Below the pieces are notes generated by a model. The model searched no databases. It saw only the letters and a program-made list of their open reading frames with translations, and was not told the origin of the DNA. From a virus (taxonomy: Duplodnaviria; Heunggongvirae; Uroviricota; Caudoviricetes), in IMG/VR virus record IMGVR_UViG_2718218139_000001: a stretch of DNA of 64,000 bases. One strand, written 5' to 3'. Within the stretch, counting starts at the first letter, position 1, and each line of letters starts with the position of its first letter. Below, in pieces: positions 7,949-18,332 of this stretch. A program made the translations under genes and the position numbers.

Positions 7949-9378
7949 TCCTCCTCATACGAAATATTAAAGGTGGAGTTTTCTGTATCCAGATAAACGA
8001 AATCGTAAAAGCCGTTGGACTCATTCCACTCGACAAATTCCAGATAAAAGTCGCGGAAATAACCCAGCGTTTCGATAAATGCCCAAACGTCTTTTTTCTT
8101 GATTAGGATGTACTTGCCGACACGGTTCGGATCAAAGAAAGTTGAGTCACGCCCAAATTTTGTTTCCAGTGCCGACTTCAGCTCATCAGTCACGTTCTCA
8201 ATGGTCAGGCTTGCCGATATCCGCCCAGTGATGGTGATCTTAAAGGGTAGTTTTCTGACCTCTTTATACGAGAATTTCTTGTTCAACTCATTCGGCACCT
8301 TCTTAAAGGCGGCTAGGATCATTTCTTCAAGCTCTGACTGGCTTTTGTTTGGATGCCATCCTGAAATAAATATCTTATTGATATTCCGAACATTATAAGC
8401 ACCATCTAATTTCTCTTGCTGGCCTTCGCCCCATGCCTTTACCCAGGACAGTCCCGGGATGTTACGCACCAGAAAATACGTATAGTCCCCGCCCCATACG
8501 ACCTGATCATCATAGGCAAGGTAATATTGTGCACGGTTACGTGTGATCTCCGTTGTTTCAGCATCGGTACCTGCGGTTATAGGTGTCGTTGTCTTAACTG
8601 AAATCAAATTAGCTAAATTAGCCGCAGAATCAACAGGAGTCAGGTTTTGGCCAGCAACCAGGGTTATATCGCCGTTGGTGCACCATACCTTAAGCGTAAT
8701 TGTCGAGCCTTCTGGCGGTATTTGCCCAATTAGCCCATCGCCGAATCGGACACCCAACTGTTCGGATGGTTTATAAAACTCAACGTAGACCTGGCTTTTA
8801 CTACCAGCTAACCGGAACATTGTGCTGGAAGACCACTGCGTGGTCTTACCATCGGTCGTCACGAATACTTCCAGCTTATAGCAGACAGCAGTGAGAGCCT
8901 TTGATAACACGACTTCCAGAAATTCTTTGGCAGCCGTAACGGTATATGTCACCTCCTGGATTTCCAACTGTGCCACTTCTACCGTACCGGTGCCGTCAAC
9001 CAACCTGCATACATCCATAGTCATGTAAGGGTACTGGTCGTCAGATATTAAAGGCATGTTTTTGGGAATTACCGCTGGGGCATCTTCACTTGTGGCGGTG
9101 ATCTCAATCATCCCCGATGACGGTGTTGGCTTGGTACCAACGTAACTATTCGTTTCTGCCGCTGCCAGGATAGAGGAACGCCGCGTCGCGGTCGATATAA
9201 AGCCTTCAGCCAGCGCCGCATCGGCATACTGAAAGCACCTGTAGACAATCTGGGTAATAAACAATGTCAGCATCGAGACAAATTGAGAGCCGACAAACTT
9301 CGACCAGAATGAATCTTTCTCGACAAGCTCTTCAAACTCTGCACGAATACTGTCTTTAGTCGGTGTTGTTTTACTCAT
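7945..9378 (-). CDS. baseplate protein (P1 BplA-like by position)
   Basis: ORF track 477 aa, start overlaps upstream gene. Confidence 0.5.
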   Translation of the reverse strand: MSKTTPTKDSIRAEFEELVEKDSFWSKFVGSQFVSMLTLFITQIVYRCFQYADAALAEGFISTATRRSSILAAAETNSYVGTKPTPSSGMIEITATSEDAPAVIPKNMPLISDDQYPYMTMDVCRLVDGTGTVEVAQLEIQEVTYTVTAAKEFLEVVLSKALTAVCYKLEVFVTTDGKTTQWSSSTMFRLAGSKSQVYVEFYKPSEQLGVRFGDGLIGQIPPEGSTITLKVWCTNGDITLVAGQNLTPVDSAANLANLISVKTTTPITAGTDAETTEITRNRAQYYLAYDDQVVWGGDYTYFLVRNIPGLSWVKAWGEGQQEKLDGAYNVRNINKIFISGWHPNKSQSELEEMILAAFKKVPNELNKKFSYKEVRKLPFKITITGRISASLTIENVTDELKSALETKFGRDSTFFDPNRVGKYILIKKKDVWAFIETLGYFRDFYLEFVEWNESNGFYDFVYLDTENSTFNISYEEE

Positions 9379-9734
9379 AGCACCACGTCCTGTGTGATAG
9401 TTATATCCCTGATACGAATGGATATTTTCAACTTATCAAAAGCATCTCCCTCGGCTACTGACAAGCCAGAAATCGGTATGTCAGGTAAATCTACCGTCAG
9501 TTTTTGCAACAGCATTGCCTCAACCGCAATTTGAACATGCGACAAGTTGGTCGGTTCGTGTTTAAACTGCGGTAAAACATTGCCCCATGACGGATCCCCG
9601 TATACCTCACCCTGATAAGTGTTTAGCCACTCATATAAACGAGCGCCCCAGGCCTCCTCCTGGGACTCATACGTTTTTACGCCGGATAACTCCAGCGTCA
9701 GCAAAGGATCAATTTCGTTATTGTTGGCCATCAA
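9375..9734 (-). CDS. small baseplate protein, possibly gp25/W-like
   Basis: ORF track 119 aa, overlapping starts/stops with neighbours. Confidence 0.4.
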   Translation of the reverse strand: MMANNNEIDPLLTLELSGVKTYESQEEAWGARLYEWLNTYQGEVYGDPSWGNVLPQFKHEPTNLSHVQIAVEAMLLQKLTVDLPDIPISGLSVAEGDAFDKLKISIRIRDITITQDVVL

Positions 9735-12700
9735 TCAACTCTCGCGTAGTCATTCATCAACGGATCATCAATTGACAGTGGTACCGTGCGCATAACGCCC
9801 GGCTGAGGCGTGCTGACCTTTACGACAGTTCCCTGGCCTTTCGCCGAGTCTTTGGTGTGCTCTTCAATCCTGGCAAGCAATGAGGTCATCTGCGCAAACA
9901 GCCGCTTCGTTTCACCATCAAGTGAAACGGTATTATCAGCCAACTGCATTGTCGGCTTGGCACCGGAGCCGCCAAGGTCACTAATAACCTGTCCGTCTAT
10001 CTGCATACGACCGGTTGGTTGCTGCAAATCGTTGGCGGCAGTCGTCACCTGGGACGTGGAGGCTGGTTCAAGCGCATTATTTTTCCGCATCCCCGGCGAG
10101 TTGCGGAGTTTATCGAATAGTCCATCAATCCCCATTTGTGCGCCGAGTTGGTCAAAGTAACTTGAGTTGCTGGCCACCGGACGCGCCTCTTCAACTGGCA
10201 TCGGAGTATCAACATACACATTGCCAGCTGCTGTTGCGGTCCCCTTCCCTCGTGCACGTTCTTCGAGCGTTCCCTGAACGACTTCCCGACGCATACCCCG
10301 GCCATTCATGAATTTGTTGACCAGATCGTTAACGCCAACAGCATTGCCGATTTTGTCTACCAGACCGCCTTTCTCAAACGGGCTATCACCAGGGGTAAAC
10401 GCCAGGCCAGTAGACTGATCGATAACGGCGTTATCAGGTATCTTTTCGTAAATTGCTGGTGCGCTATGATCTACCTTAGAGCCATAAACGGCACCATTAT
10501 TGAGCATCTGCTGATACCCTCTGACACGAGTAACATATTCGCCGGTACCTGCGACTACTCTCCCCTTATCAACATGCCCCATACCAGCATGATAGGCAGC
10601 TATTGCACGACCCTGATCACCGTTATAACGGTTCATCAGCATACTTAGGTATCTGGCGGCACCATCAGCTGCTTTTCGTGTATCCATGGCATCAGCATCG
10701 CTGAGTCCAAGATCCTCCCTTGTACCTTTAGTGATCTGAAAAGCCCCAAGGGCAGATGAAAGTTTGTTCCCGTTTTTGTCTACTGGATTTCCAGTTCTCT
10801 GGCCTGCACTAGACTCTGCGGATGCAACTGCTGACAGAATCCCTTTTTCAAGCCCATACTTACGTTCAAGCTCATCAAAATAATCGGCATTGTCAGAAAT
10901 CCATTGGTATCCGGCAGCATTTAATTTTGGCAAAGAAACATCCTTGCCATTGTTAAATCGACGTTTATCTATCTCATATGCACTTAATGCTTCCTCCTTA
11001 CCTGTAGCAGACTGCCCCAAGGCAGCATCAATTGTTTGTGCTGCTTTATTTCCTGTTTCTACGGCATTTGCATTGATAATCTGATTAGCAGTTTCTTTAA
11101 CTGTTTTATTGCTATCTTTCGCCATATCCAGAGCCGCATTTATCACGCGGGCAGCAATATTAGTCTGTTTGGCATCGGATTCAGTTTTAGAATCAGATGT
11201 CCCCTGGTGGCTATTAACCGGAGCTTTTAACTCTGGAGTGATTTCTTTCGCATTAGCCTCGCCGATCGGATTGGGTATTTTTGATACAATCATTGCCGCA
11301 GGGGTATTTTTAACGGCATCAACCGCTGCATCTAATGCTTTACCTGGTAAATTTTTAACCCCATCCCAAATATTACCAGCCGCCTCTTTAATGTGTTTCC
11401 CTGGGTTCTTAATGAAATCAATTGCACTATCAATTGCATCACTGAAAACCTGTTTCAGGTTATCGACAGTAAAGAAGTCTTTGATGGCATCCAGCTTTTC
11501 AAGCAGCTTATTAGATGTATCGCTAAACCATGCTGAAACAGCATCACCAATCTTTGCTGTGTAATCATCGAACTTGGTAGAAATGGTGTCGCCAAGGTTA
11601 GAAATATATGTTTCTAAGTTGGTAATCCCACTATCAATGGCCAGGGCAATACTTTCCGTCGAAAATGATTGCAACATATTGCCGATATCCTCAAATCCAA
11701 GTGATTTGAGAACCTCACCAATGGCGCTGCTAATACCAGATACCAGTCCCCCCATATCAAGAACATTAGCTAACGTATAAGCGGCTTTTTGCTGGAATGA
11801 TGGATCTTGTCCTGATTTAAGCCCAAACGCTCGACGTTGCGCTTCTGTATCATTCCAACCGGTTACCGCATCATAAATACCTCCAGCCACTGTGCCGACT
11901 AGGGGAATTGCGCGTAACGCCCCTTTACCAACTGCCTTTAATCCAAGTTTACCTGCTGCCCGGGCAGCCAAATCTCCGCCTTCATGGGCGAGAGTCTTCT
12001 TGCCACCACCGCGTAGCATTCCTACAAGTTTCTTTGCCCCCAGAGCGCCAAAAGCGAGTGCTCCAGCTTTTTTCAGCATGCCACGCCCCATTAACAACGA
12101 CGCGACGCCACCGGCCCCCTTCCCTAACAGGCTAAATAATTTGGACAGCAAGCCGCCCTTCTTTTTCCCGGTGTTTTTGGCTATCTGATCAAGGGCGCTG
12201 AGAATCTTGTCATTGCCCTCTTTAATTTCGCTGGTCTGATCCTGAAGTTCCTGAACCGTCCGTTTTTGGGTGTTAACCTGAACGACATCGGCACTATTTT
12301 GCGATTTACGCCTAAAAAAACCTTTTCTACGGCTGTTATCGTCATTGCCACGAATCACATCGGCAATAGACTTTCTGGCACCATTAAGCGATCCACCAAC
12401 TTCTTTTGATATCCCGCCAAGCTCCTTCCCTGCGGCCCACAATGGACCAGCAACGGCATAACCTAACGCATCGACGGCACGAGTCTCTGAAGGGTTACCT
12501 ATGCCTTCAGCTACTTTTGACAGTTTTTTTAATAAACCTGATTCAGCATTTAGACGCTCATCATCCTCTTTTCGCCTGGCCTTTTCTGCTCGTTCAGCAC
12601 GGGCATCTTCCGCTGCGGCCTTACTCCCTGACTTTCCAATAAAACGACCACGCGCATCGCGTTGGTTTTGGCTTTTTTGCGCACCGCCTTTTTGACCGAA

Positions 12701-13105
12701 CATTTCGCGAGCGTGTTCGGCTGCTTCGGTCCGTTGCGCCTTTACATCCTCTGGTATAGCCTTCCTGCGTCGTTTTTTACCATTTGGTGTGGTTGATTTG
12801 GCCCGCTGTTCCTGTTGAGCAACATCTTCCTGAACTACACGAGAAACGTCCCCTAAATTAAGCCGTTTCATTGCGTCAACAATAGGGTCTACTGATGGCG
12901 CTTTGGCCACAAAGTCAGGCCGGGAATTTTCGATTGTGTGATTTAATGCCGACACGCTGCGAGAGACAGGATCAACAGTAGCAACTCGCCCACCTTTCAA
13001 ATCTTCAACAGCTTCCCGGATACCAGCAAGCTCTTCCAGCTCTTTTGCGCTGGCGGTTTCAACTGTCCTTATAACATCGTCAATGTTGGCGTTTTTTCTT
13101 TCCAT
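9731..13105 (-). CDS. sit: Sit, tape-measure-like injection protein with soluble lytic transglycosylase domain
   Basis: 1124 aa; SLT motif GAFQITKGT...AAYHAGMGHV; long low-complexity Gly/Ala/Lys-rich N half. Confidence 0.8.
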   Translation of the reverse strand: MERKNANIDDVIRTVETASAKELEELAGIREAVEDLKGGRVATVDPVSRSVSALNHTIENSRPDFVAKAPSVDPIVDAMKRLNLGDVSRVVQEDVAQQEQRAKSTTPNGKKRRRKAIPEDVKAQRTEAAEHAREMFGQKGGAQKSQNQRDARGRFIGKSGSKAAAEDARAERAEKARRKEDDERLNAESGLLKKLSKVAEGIGNPSETRAVDALGYAVAGPLWAAGKELGGISKEVGGSLNGARKSIADVIRGNDDNSRRKGFFRRKSQNSADVVQVNTQKRTVQELQDQTSEIKEGNDKILSALDQIAKNTGKKKGGLLSKLFSLLGKGAGGVASLLMGRGMLKKAGALAFGALGAKKLVGMLRGGGKKTLAHEGGDLAARAAGKLGLKAVGKGALRAIPLVGTVAGGIYDAVTGWNDTEAQRRAFGLKSGQDPSFQQKAAYTLANVLDMGGLVSGISSAIGEVLKSLGFEDIGNMLQSFSTESIALAIDSGITNLETYISNLGDTISTKFDDYTAKIGDAVSAWFSDTSNKLLEKLDAIKDFFTVDNLKQVFSDAIDSAIDFIKNPGKHIKEAAGNIWDGVKNLPGKALDAAVDAVKNTPAAMIVSKIPNPIGEANAKEITPELKAPVNSHQGTSDSKTESDAKQTNIAARVINAALDMAKDSNKTVKETANQIINANAVETGNKAAQTIDAALGQSATGKEEALSAYEIDKRRFNNGKDVSLPKLNAAGYQWISDNADYFDELERKYGLEKGILSAVASAESSAGQRTGNPVDKNGNKLSSALGAFQITKGTREDLGLSDADAMDTRKAADGAARYLSMLMNRYNGDQGRAIAAYHAGMGHVDKGRVVAGTGEYVTRVRGYQQMLNNGAVYGSKVDHSAPAIYEKIPDNAVIDQSTGLAFTPGDSPFEKGGLVDKIGNAVGVNDLVNKFMNGRGMRREVVQGTLEERARGKGTATAAGNVYVDTPMPVEEARPVASNSSYFDQLGAQMGIDGLFDKLRNSPGMRKNNALEPASTSQVTTAANDLQQPTGRMQIDGQVISDLGGSGAKPTMQLADNTVSLDGETKRLFAQMTSLLARIEEHTKDSAKGQGTVVKVSTPQPGVMRTVPLSIDDPLMNDYARVD

Positions 13106-13186
13106 GATCTTATCGCCTACCGTTTCGGTTTAAGTTTTTCTTCCAGTTTCTCCAACAGGAAAAACGCATAGGATTCAGTGAGCCTT

Positions 13187-14068
13187 TCAGCGTCCTGAAT
13201 CGGTATACCCCCATACAAAACCAGGTTGGACACTAAGGTCTGATAGCTTTTCAATCCCCACCTGTGGAATGAAGTCGGTAGCCCGAAAGGGCACCCACAG
13301 ACGGGTATACGCACCCTCTGTGGACTCCTTTTTATCCTGGTTTGGGCATTTATGCGGCGGGAGACGAAGACGCATTTCACCTTTATCGATGTAGCACGGT
13401 AAACCATGTTCGAGCTTTTCATGAGCCAGTCGGATGTGTGCCGCCAGCTTCATAAATTCAGTATCAATGGCCATCCGTTTAATCGTTTCATAACGACGCT
13501 CAGCCTGATCTTCACGAGTACCGCTAACATCGTTATAAAGCTCACACTGATAAGCGAATTCCCAAAAACGCAAATCAACGATCGCTTCTTTGAATTCCGC
13601 GTCGTCTTCAGGTGGCAATGCTGCACGGCGCATCTCCAGCATTTCCATTGCCCAACCATCAAGCGGCACGATACGCCATTGATAAGGCACTCCCTCTACA
13701 GACACCTCAATATCGTCAATGAAAGGTTCCACTTCCAGGACCTGGATATCTTCAGCCAGAGCATTCATATCGCAATCGTAATAATGCTCTTTACCGCAAT
13801 GTTTACAGGTGTAGGTGAATGTCTCGACCGGTGTTTCACGGGAGCCGGTAAATATCCACCATAACGCGGTAATCCGGTCCTGCGCCGTCCATGTCAGGGG
13901 ATCATGTTTCGCGGGTTCAGCCAGCAAGGCTTTTAAATATGCCGTTGTCTGTTGTTCTTGTTCCTCCGGTGTTATCGAGTTGAAACGCATCGCATCAGCA
14001 ATATTTGGCTGACGGAACTGGATCAATTCAGTTGGCCGCGATGGTAGCGGGAAAAGGGGTAAAAGCAT
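13187..14068 (-). CDS. tail morphogenesis protein (possible tail assembly chaperone, P1 PmgB position)
   Basis: ORF track 293 aa between tube-like gene and sit. Confidence 0.4.
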   Translation of the reverse strand: MLLPLFPLPSRPTELIQFRQPNIADAMRFNSITPEEQEQQTTAYLKALLAEPAKHDPLTWTAQDRITALWWIFTGSRETPVETFTYTCKHCGKEHYYDCDMNALAEDIQVLEVEPFIDDIEVSVEGVPYQWRIVPLDGWAMEMLEMRRAALPPEDDAEFKEAIVDLRFWEFAYQCELYNDVSGTREDQAERRYETIKRMAIDTEFMKLAAHIRLAHEKLEHGLPCYIDKGEMRLRLPPHKCPNQDKKESTEGAYTRLWVPFRATDFIPQVGIEKLSDLSVQPGFVWGYTDSGR

Positions 14069-14082
14069 CCTTGCTCCTTAAT

Positions 14083-14694
14083 TCAAAGAGAAAAACTAAA
14101 GCCCAGAAGGGAAGCCAAAGAACTTGAGGATTGGTTAAACGTGCTGTGCAATGCGAAGGTCATTGGGAATGACTTAAATTCCGTGACCTGATCCCGCGCA
14201 TAGGTGACATCGCCGGTAGTAACCGGGAATACCGTCATCTCATTTTCCAGTTTGGTTAAACCGGAAGACAGCAACCGATAAATACGCACATTGAGCAAAT
14301 ATTTAGACGGTATGTTCACGGTGCCGTCAGGATTGATCACCCGACTTTTTGCCGTCTTAAACCAGTCCAAAACGAGGCCATCACCGGTATCCCTGACCAT
14401 CATTGTTATCTGCCCAGGCGAACGCTCCGTTGGCTGAAGGATATTCCCTCCGCCGATTTTAATCGTTTCATATTCGATGCTGTAATCGTGGTAGGTAATG
14501 TCTTTGGCAAAGAAGTCTGCCCCCTCCAGCCCATCAACTTCGACAGAGAACTGCCATCCTTGCGCGAACAGCATTTTGTTCATGATGATTGACGTCAGCT
14601 TACCAACTTCCCGCTCACCAACGCCGGAGCCAAATAATGTCGTCGTTAATGCCGAAGATATATAAGACTTTACTGATGCAACATTAAGTCCCAT
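14083..14694 (-). CDS. tail tube-type structural protein (P1 Tub position)
   Basis: ORF track 203 aa, about 22 kDa. Confidence 0.45.
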   Translation of the reverse strand: MGLNVASVKSYISSALTTTLFGSGVGEREVGKLTSIIMNKMLFAQGWQFSVEVDGLEGADFFAKDITYHDYSIEYETIKIGGGNILQPTERSPGQITMMVRDTGDGLVLDWFKTAKSRVINPDGTVNIPSKYLLNVRIYRLLSSGLTKLENEMTVFPVTTGDVTYARDQVTEFKSFPMTFALHSTFNQSSSSLASLLGFSFSL

Positions 14695-14704
14695 ATCAAC
14701 GACC

Positions 14705-15295
<591 letters not shown>

Positions 15296-15302
15296 TTAAC
15301 CG

Positions 15303-15324
15303 ATTCTACGAGTTGTCATTTGTT
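15303..15324 (-). promoter_or_regulatory. late-promoter-like motif (AACAAATGAC-N6-TAGAAT)
   Basis: same motif as 7061, 27333, 46850; flanked by 11-bp inverted repeat CTCGTAGAATC / GATTCTACGAG. Confidence 0.4.
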
Positions 15325-15425
15325 ACCGGTCAGTCTACACATTTCAGATACTACGTTAAAACAACTCAAGTGCTTCAAGTAGCACATCGTCATCAACACC
15401 CAATCCGAAGATGCGGAGATAAAAT

Positions 15426-16610
15426 TCAAGCCTTAAGAGGCTTTGTGTATGTTCGTGTAATCCAACCAGTAATAAACTCATCCCCTGATTTAACCTGCAC
15501 GTAAAGCCATTGACGATCTTTCTTATCTAAAATAGCAACAATTGTGTTTTTGCCAATGCATTCAATCACTTCACTATTTAAAGAAGGACTGACATGTAAT
15601 CTTACGTTATCACCAGTTATAAACCTAAAACCATTGAGATCTTCCCACTTAATTTCTGTGTTTTCTTTAATTAATTTTTGTTTTGATATTGGTGCATCCT
15701 CATATAGGGATACAGAATATGATTCTGTCTTGTGTATTTGCGATAAGATTTGTTCTTTTGCATAATCAGCAATAGCGCCAAGCACCACTTCTGTTAAAAG
15801 CCACATAATAATAAACTGAAGCGGGTGAGGGAGCGACTTAAATGAATCAATGAACGTCGAACTGGATTTATTTAATCCTTTGTCTTGAACATCACTTTCG
15901 TTGTGAGATGTTTCAATAGCACCTTCGACATAAGCCTGTGCAATTGATGAAAGACTTTGCTCCATTATTTGATGTAATGAAGCCTTTTGCGCTAGGGTAT
16001 ATTGTTTTAATGATTCTTTTATTTCATTGTTTAAATCTATCTTATGACTTACATTTTGTCGCAATTCATTAAGTATTGCTTGCATGTTATTTAAACCAGC
16101 TTGCTTATTAAGCATCTCGAACTGGTTTCGTAACGGCATAGCAATTTCTGCCTGCTTCCTTAGCATTTGAATGTATTTATTTGCATCATGCGGGGGATAA
16201 ACCTTGGCCTGTTTCTGTAGAATTTCAAGAAATTCACGATGCTTGCTATTTATTCTTCTCAAGCTCGTCATGTTCGCAAGCTGTTTTTTAACAGAATCAC
16301 TAAGTAACGATTGCAAATTCAATCTTGCTATTTGTTCTTGAGCTAGCCGCCCTATTCTTAACTGTTCTTGCAAGTTTGCCATATGTTCTCTATACGATGG
16401 AATGATTGCGTTTTTTTGCAGTTCTGCCAACTGTCTAACCAAATTATTAGAAGCATATTCTGATTTTAATAAATCACTTGCCGATGTATATCCTGGCATT
16501 TTGATTTTACTTAAATTATCACGCCAGGTAATATTTGAATCTCTATTATAGAGATCGCTTACTGAGCCAAGTGCAAGTTTTTTAATATCCTTCACTTTAT
16601 TCACCGTCAT
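15426..16610 (-). CDS. membrane-anchored coiled-coil protein with C-terminal SH3-like domain
   Basis: 394 aa; Q/L-rich heptad N half, hydrophobic helix FIIMWLLTEVVLGAIADYA, C-terminal SH3b-like block; DNA markedly AT-rich. Confidence 0.6.
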   Translation of the reverse strand: MTVNKVKDIKKLALGSVSDLYNRDSNITWRDNLSKIKMPGYTSASDLLKSEYASNNLVRQLAELQKNAIIPSYREHMANLQEQLRIGRLAQEQIARLNLQSLLSDSVKKQLANMTSLRRINSKHREFLEILQKQAKVYPPHDANKYIQMLRKQAEIAMPLRNQFEMLNKQAGLNNMQAILNELRQNVSHKIDLNNEIKESLKQYTLAQKASLHQIMEQSLSSIAQAYVEGAIETSHNESDVQDKGLNKSSSTFIDSFKSLPHPLQFIIMWLLTEVVLGAIADYAKEQILSQIHKTESYSVSLYEDAPISKQKLIKENTEIKWEDLNGFRFITGDNVRLHVSPSLNSEVIECIGKNTIVAILDKKDRQWLYVQVKSGDEFITGWITRTYTKPLKA

Positions 16611-17103
16611 CTTGCTTTAAACATCCATCATTTTTAGCTTCCTTGTAAATACTTGAAATTCCATCAAGAGAGAATGATGTAATTCGACGCGATCCGATAT
16701 ATACATCCATGTTTTTTTCTTTTGTGGCTGACGCTGACTTCCAAAAAGAATACCATTCCCTACGATTTGGAGCAGTGTTTTGCGTACCAATATTAAAGCT
16801 ATCCGAACCAACAATTAAGGTAATTACATCAGCTTTACGAGAAATTGTGTCGCGTGTAGAAAAATCAGCATTCTCTTTCCCTCCACTTACATACAAATTT
16901 CTTCCAGCTATATGATCTTCGGAACCTTCCCTTGCTCCAGCATCACAAGAAAAGTTAATTGTATAACCATCGTCATTGGTTGCAGAGATTTCTCTCCACC
17001 CTTGCTCACCTCCTACCGTCCAAACGGTAGAACCTGCCATTGCTGATAATGGCAGAAAAGAGGACATTAATAAAAAGCTATACAATGACTTATATAATTT
17101 CAT
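16597..17103 (-). CDS. secreted/periplasmic protein
   Basis: 168 aa; signal peptide MKLYKSLYSFLLMSSFLPLSAMA; AAGGA before ATG; overlaps downstream gene. Confidence 0.6.
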   Translation of the reverse strand: MKLYKSLYSFLLMSSFLPLSAMAGSTVWTVGGEQGWREISATNDDGYTINFSCDAGAREGSEDHIAGRNLYVSGGKENADFSTRDTISRKADVITLIVGSDSFNIGTQNTAPNRREWYSFWKSASATKEKNMDVYIGSRRITSFSLDGISSIYKEAKNDGCLKQDDGE

Positions 17104-17191
17104 ATTTTTATCCTTTTTGTTTTAGATATTATAGGCATAGTCCATATTGTTAGATCCACTATGCCCAGAGAATTTAATATTATTCATTAAA

Positions 17192-17683
17192 TTATGGAGC
17201 TACACCCGGCCCCCTGGCTCGTTCTTCAAGCGTACCCTGCACGTTTTGATGGCGCATTCCTGGGGCATTTCTGATTGAGTCAATGCCATTTCTTCCAACA
17301 TCTTCTTTATTAACGGCATTGCTCGCCACCAGCACACCCCAGCTAGGGATAGCAAAATCAGGAGCTGTTTCGCATGCCTTTACCATATAATCGAAAGTGC
17401 TTCGATTGATCTCATTTGCATCGGGGTTTAATAGGCGAGAATATTGGTATTTAGCATTTGCGTTGGTTGAGACTTTATACAGTTCCTGCTGCACCATCGC
17501 TTCAGAAAGTTTAAGGCGCTTCATATCTGACAGTAACTTCTTGCGCATGGATTCGTCTTCACTGACAGCAAATCCGTAAACGTGCCCAAGGTATTTCGTA
17601 TAATCGGTACAAATCTCCTTTACGCTTGATGCTGCATTAACAGTCCCAGCCATAAATAATAACGGTAGTAATAGTTTTCTCAT
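17192..17683 (-). CDS. secreted protein with Sit-derived C-terminal segment (sim-locus position)
   Basis: start at ATG 17683 after GGTGAGG; signal peptide MRKLLLPLLFMAGTVNA; last 25 aa NAPGMRHQNVQGTLEERARGPG match Sit GRGMRREVVQGTLEERARGKG. Confidence 0.6.
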   Translation of the reverse strand: MRKLLLPLLFMAGTVNAASSVKEICTDYTKYLGHVYGFAVSEDESMRKKLLSDMKRLKLSEAMVQQELYKVSTNANAKYQYSRLLNPDANEINRSTFDYMVKACETAPDFAIPSWGVLVASNAVNKEDVGRNGIDSIRNAPGMRHQNVQGTLEERARGPGVAP

Positions 17684-17779
17684 TATAACCTCACCTGCCT
17701 TATAACTCATTTAGGGTACATATTTTCGCCTTTAAAAAAAAGAGGTTATTAGATCCAATTGTGCATTTATTAAACAAAC

Positions 17780-17796
17780 AATGCTCTAATAAATTT
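17780..17796 (+). promoter_or_regulatory. C1 repressor operator (16/17 match to ATTGCTCTAATAAATTT)
   Basis: AATGCTCTAATAAATTT upstream of icd-ant region. Confidence 0.6.
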
Positions 17797-17989
17797 GTAT
17801 TTTTAAGTCACGAATGCTATCTTTTCGCATCATATTGACCTTTTAATCGTTCAGGCTTATAGTTCCGCCGTCGTAGCAAATTCTGCGACCAGGTTTGACA
17901 GCCTGAATGATTGTGCGGACAACCGCAGATTTCCGATATTGCGGTATTTTTGTGTCCGTTAAACCGCGTTACGCCCAAATTATGGTGGG

Positions 17990-18100
17990 GCGTGATGGGG
18001 AGGCTTCGGCCTGCTGGTTTCACAATCGCCAGTCTGTCAACCCTGTCACGTCCTGCCACCTGTTTGACAGCGGGTAGCAGGTTGTTAAACCTGATTGTGA
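17990..18100 (+). ncRNA. c4-like antisense regulatory RNA region (approximate)
   Basis: structured region between operator and icd with repeated GTTTGACAGC/TGTCAACC elements and long-range pairing TCACAATC/GATTGTGA; position as in P1 immI; boundaries not determined. Confidence 0.25.
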
Positions 18101-18110
18101 GGCCGTAACT

Positions 18111-18332
18111 ATGGTTAATGCCAATCCTTGCGCACGCCAAGAATTCATCTGGCGTTTCTATTCCTGTAAAAAACACCACTATCACTTCGTTATCGCAGCA
18201 ACAGAAGACGAAGCACGCTCTCAATTGCCTGACGGCCCCTGCATTTTTACTGCCCGTTTTTCAACTAACTCGCGCAATCCACTTAGTTACTGGAGCCTCC
18301 CCTTCTCTGCCGACGTTCAGGGGGGTTTATGA
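18111..18332 (+). CDS. icd: Icd-like small protein overlapping ant start
   Basis: 73 aa ORF whose stop overlaps ant ATG (ATGA). Confidence 0.5.
   Translation: MVNANPCARQEFIWRFYSCKKHHYHFVIAATEDEARSQLPDGPCIFTARFSTNSRNPLSYWSLPFSADVQGGL

Noticed and set aside
10015-12695. Many 60-150 aa ORFs on the plus strand inside sit
   Set aside because: Antisense to a long, well-supported gene with low-complexity codon repeats; no independent signals.
17817-18224. 135-aa minus-strand ORF across the c4/icd leader
   Set aside because: Antisense to the structured regulatory region and to icd; no ribosome-binding site.
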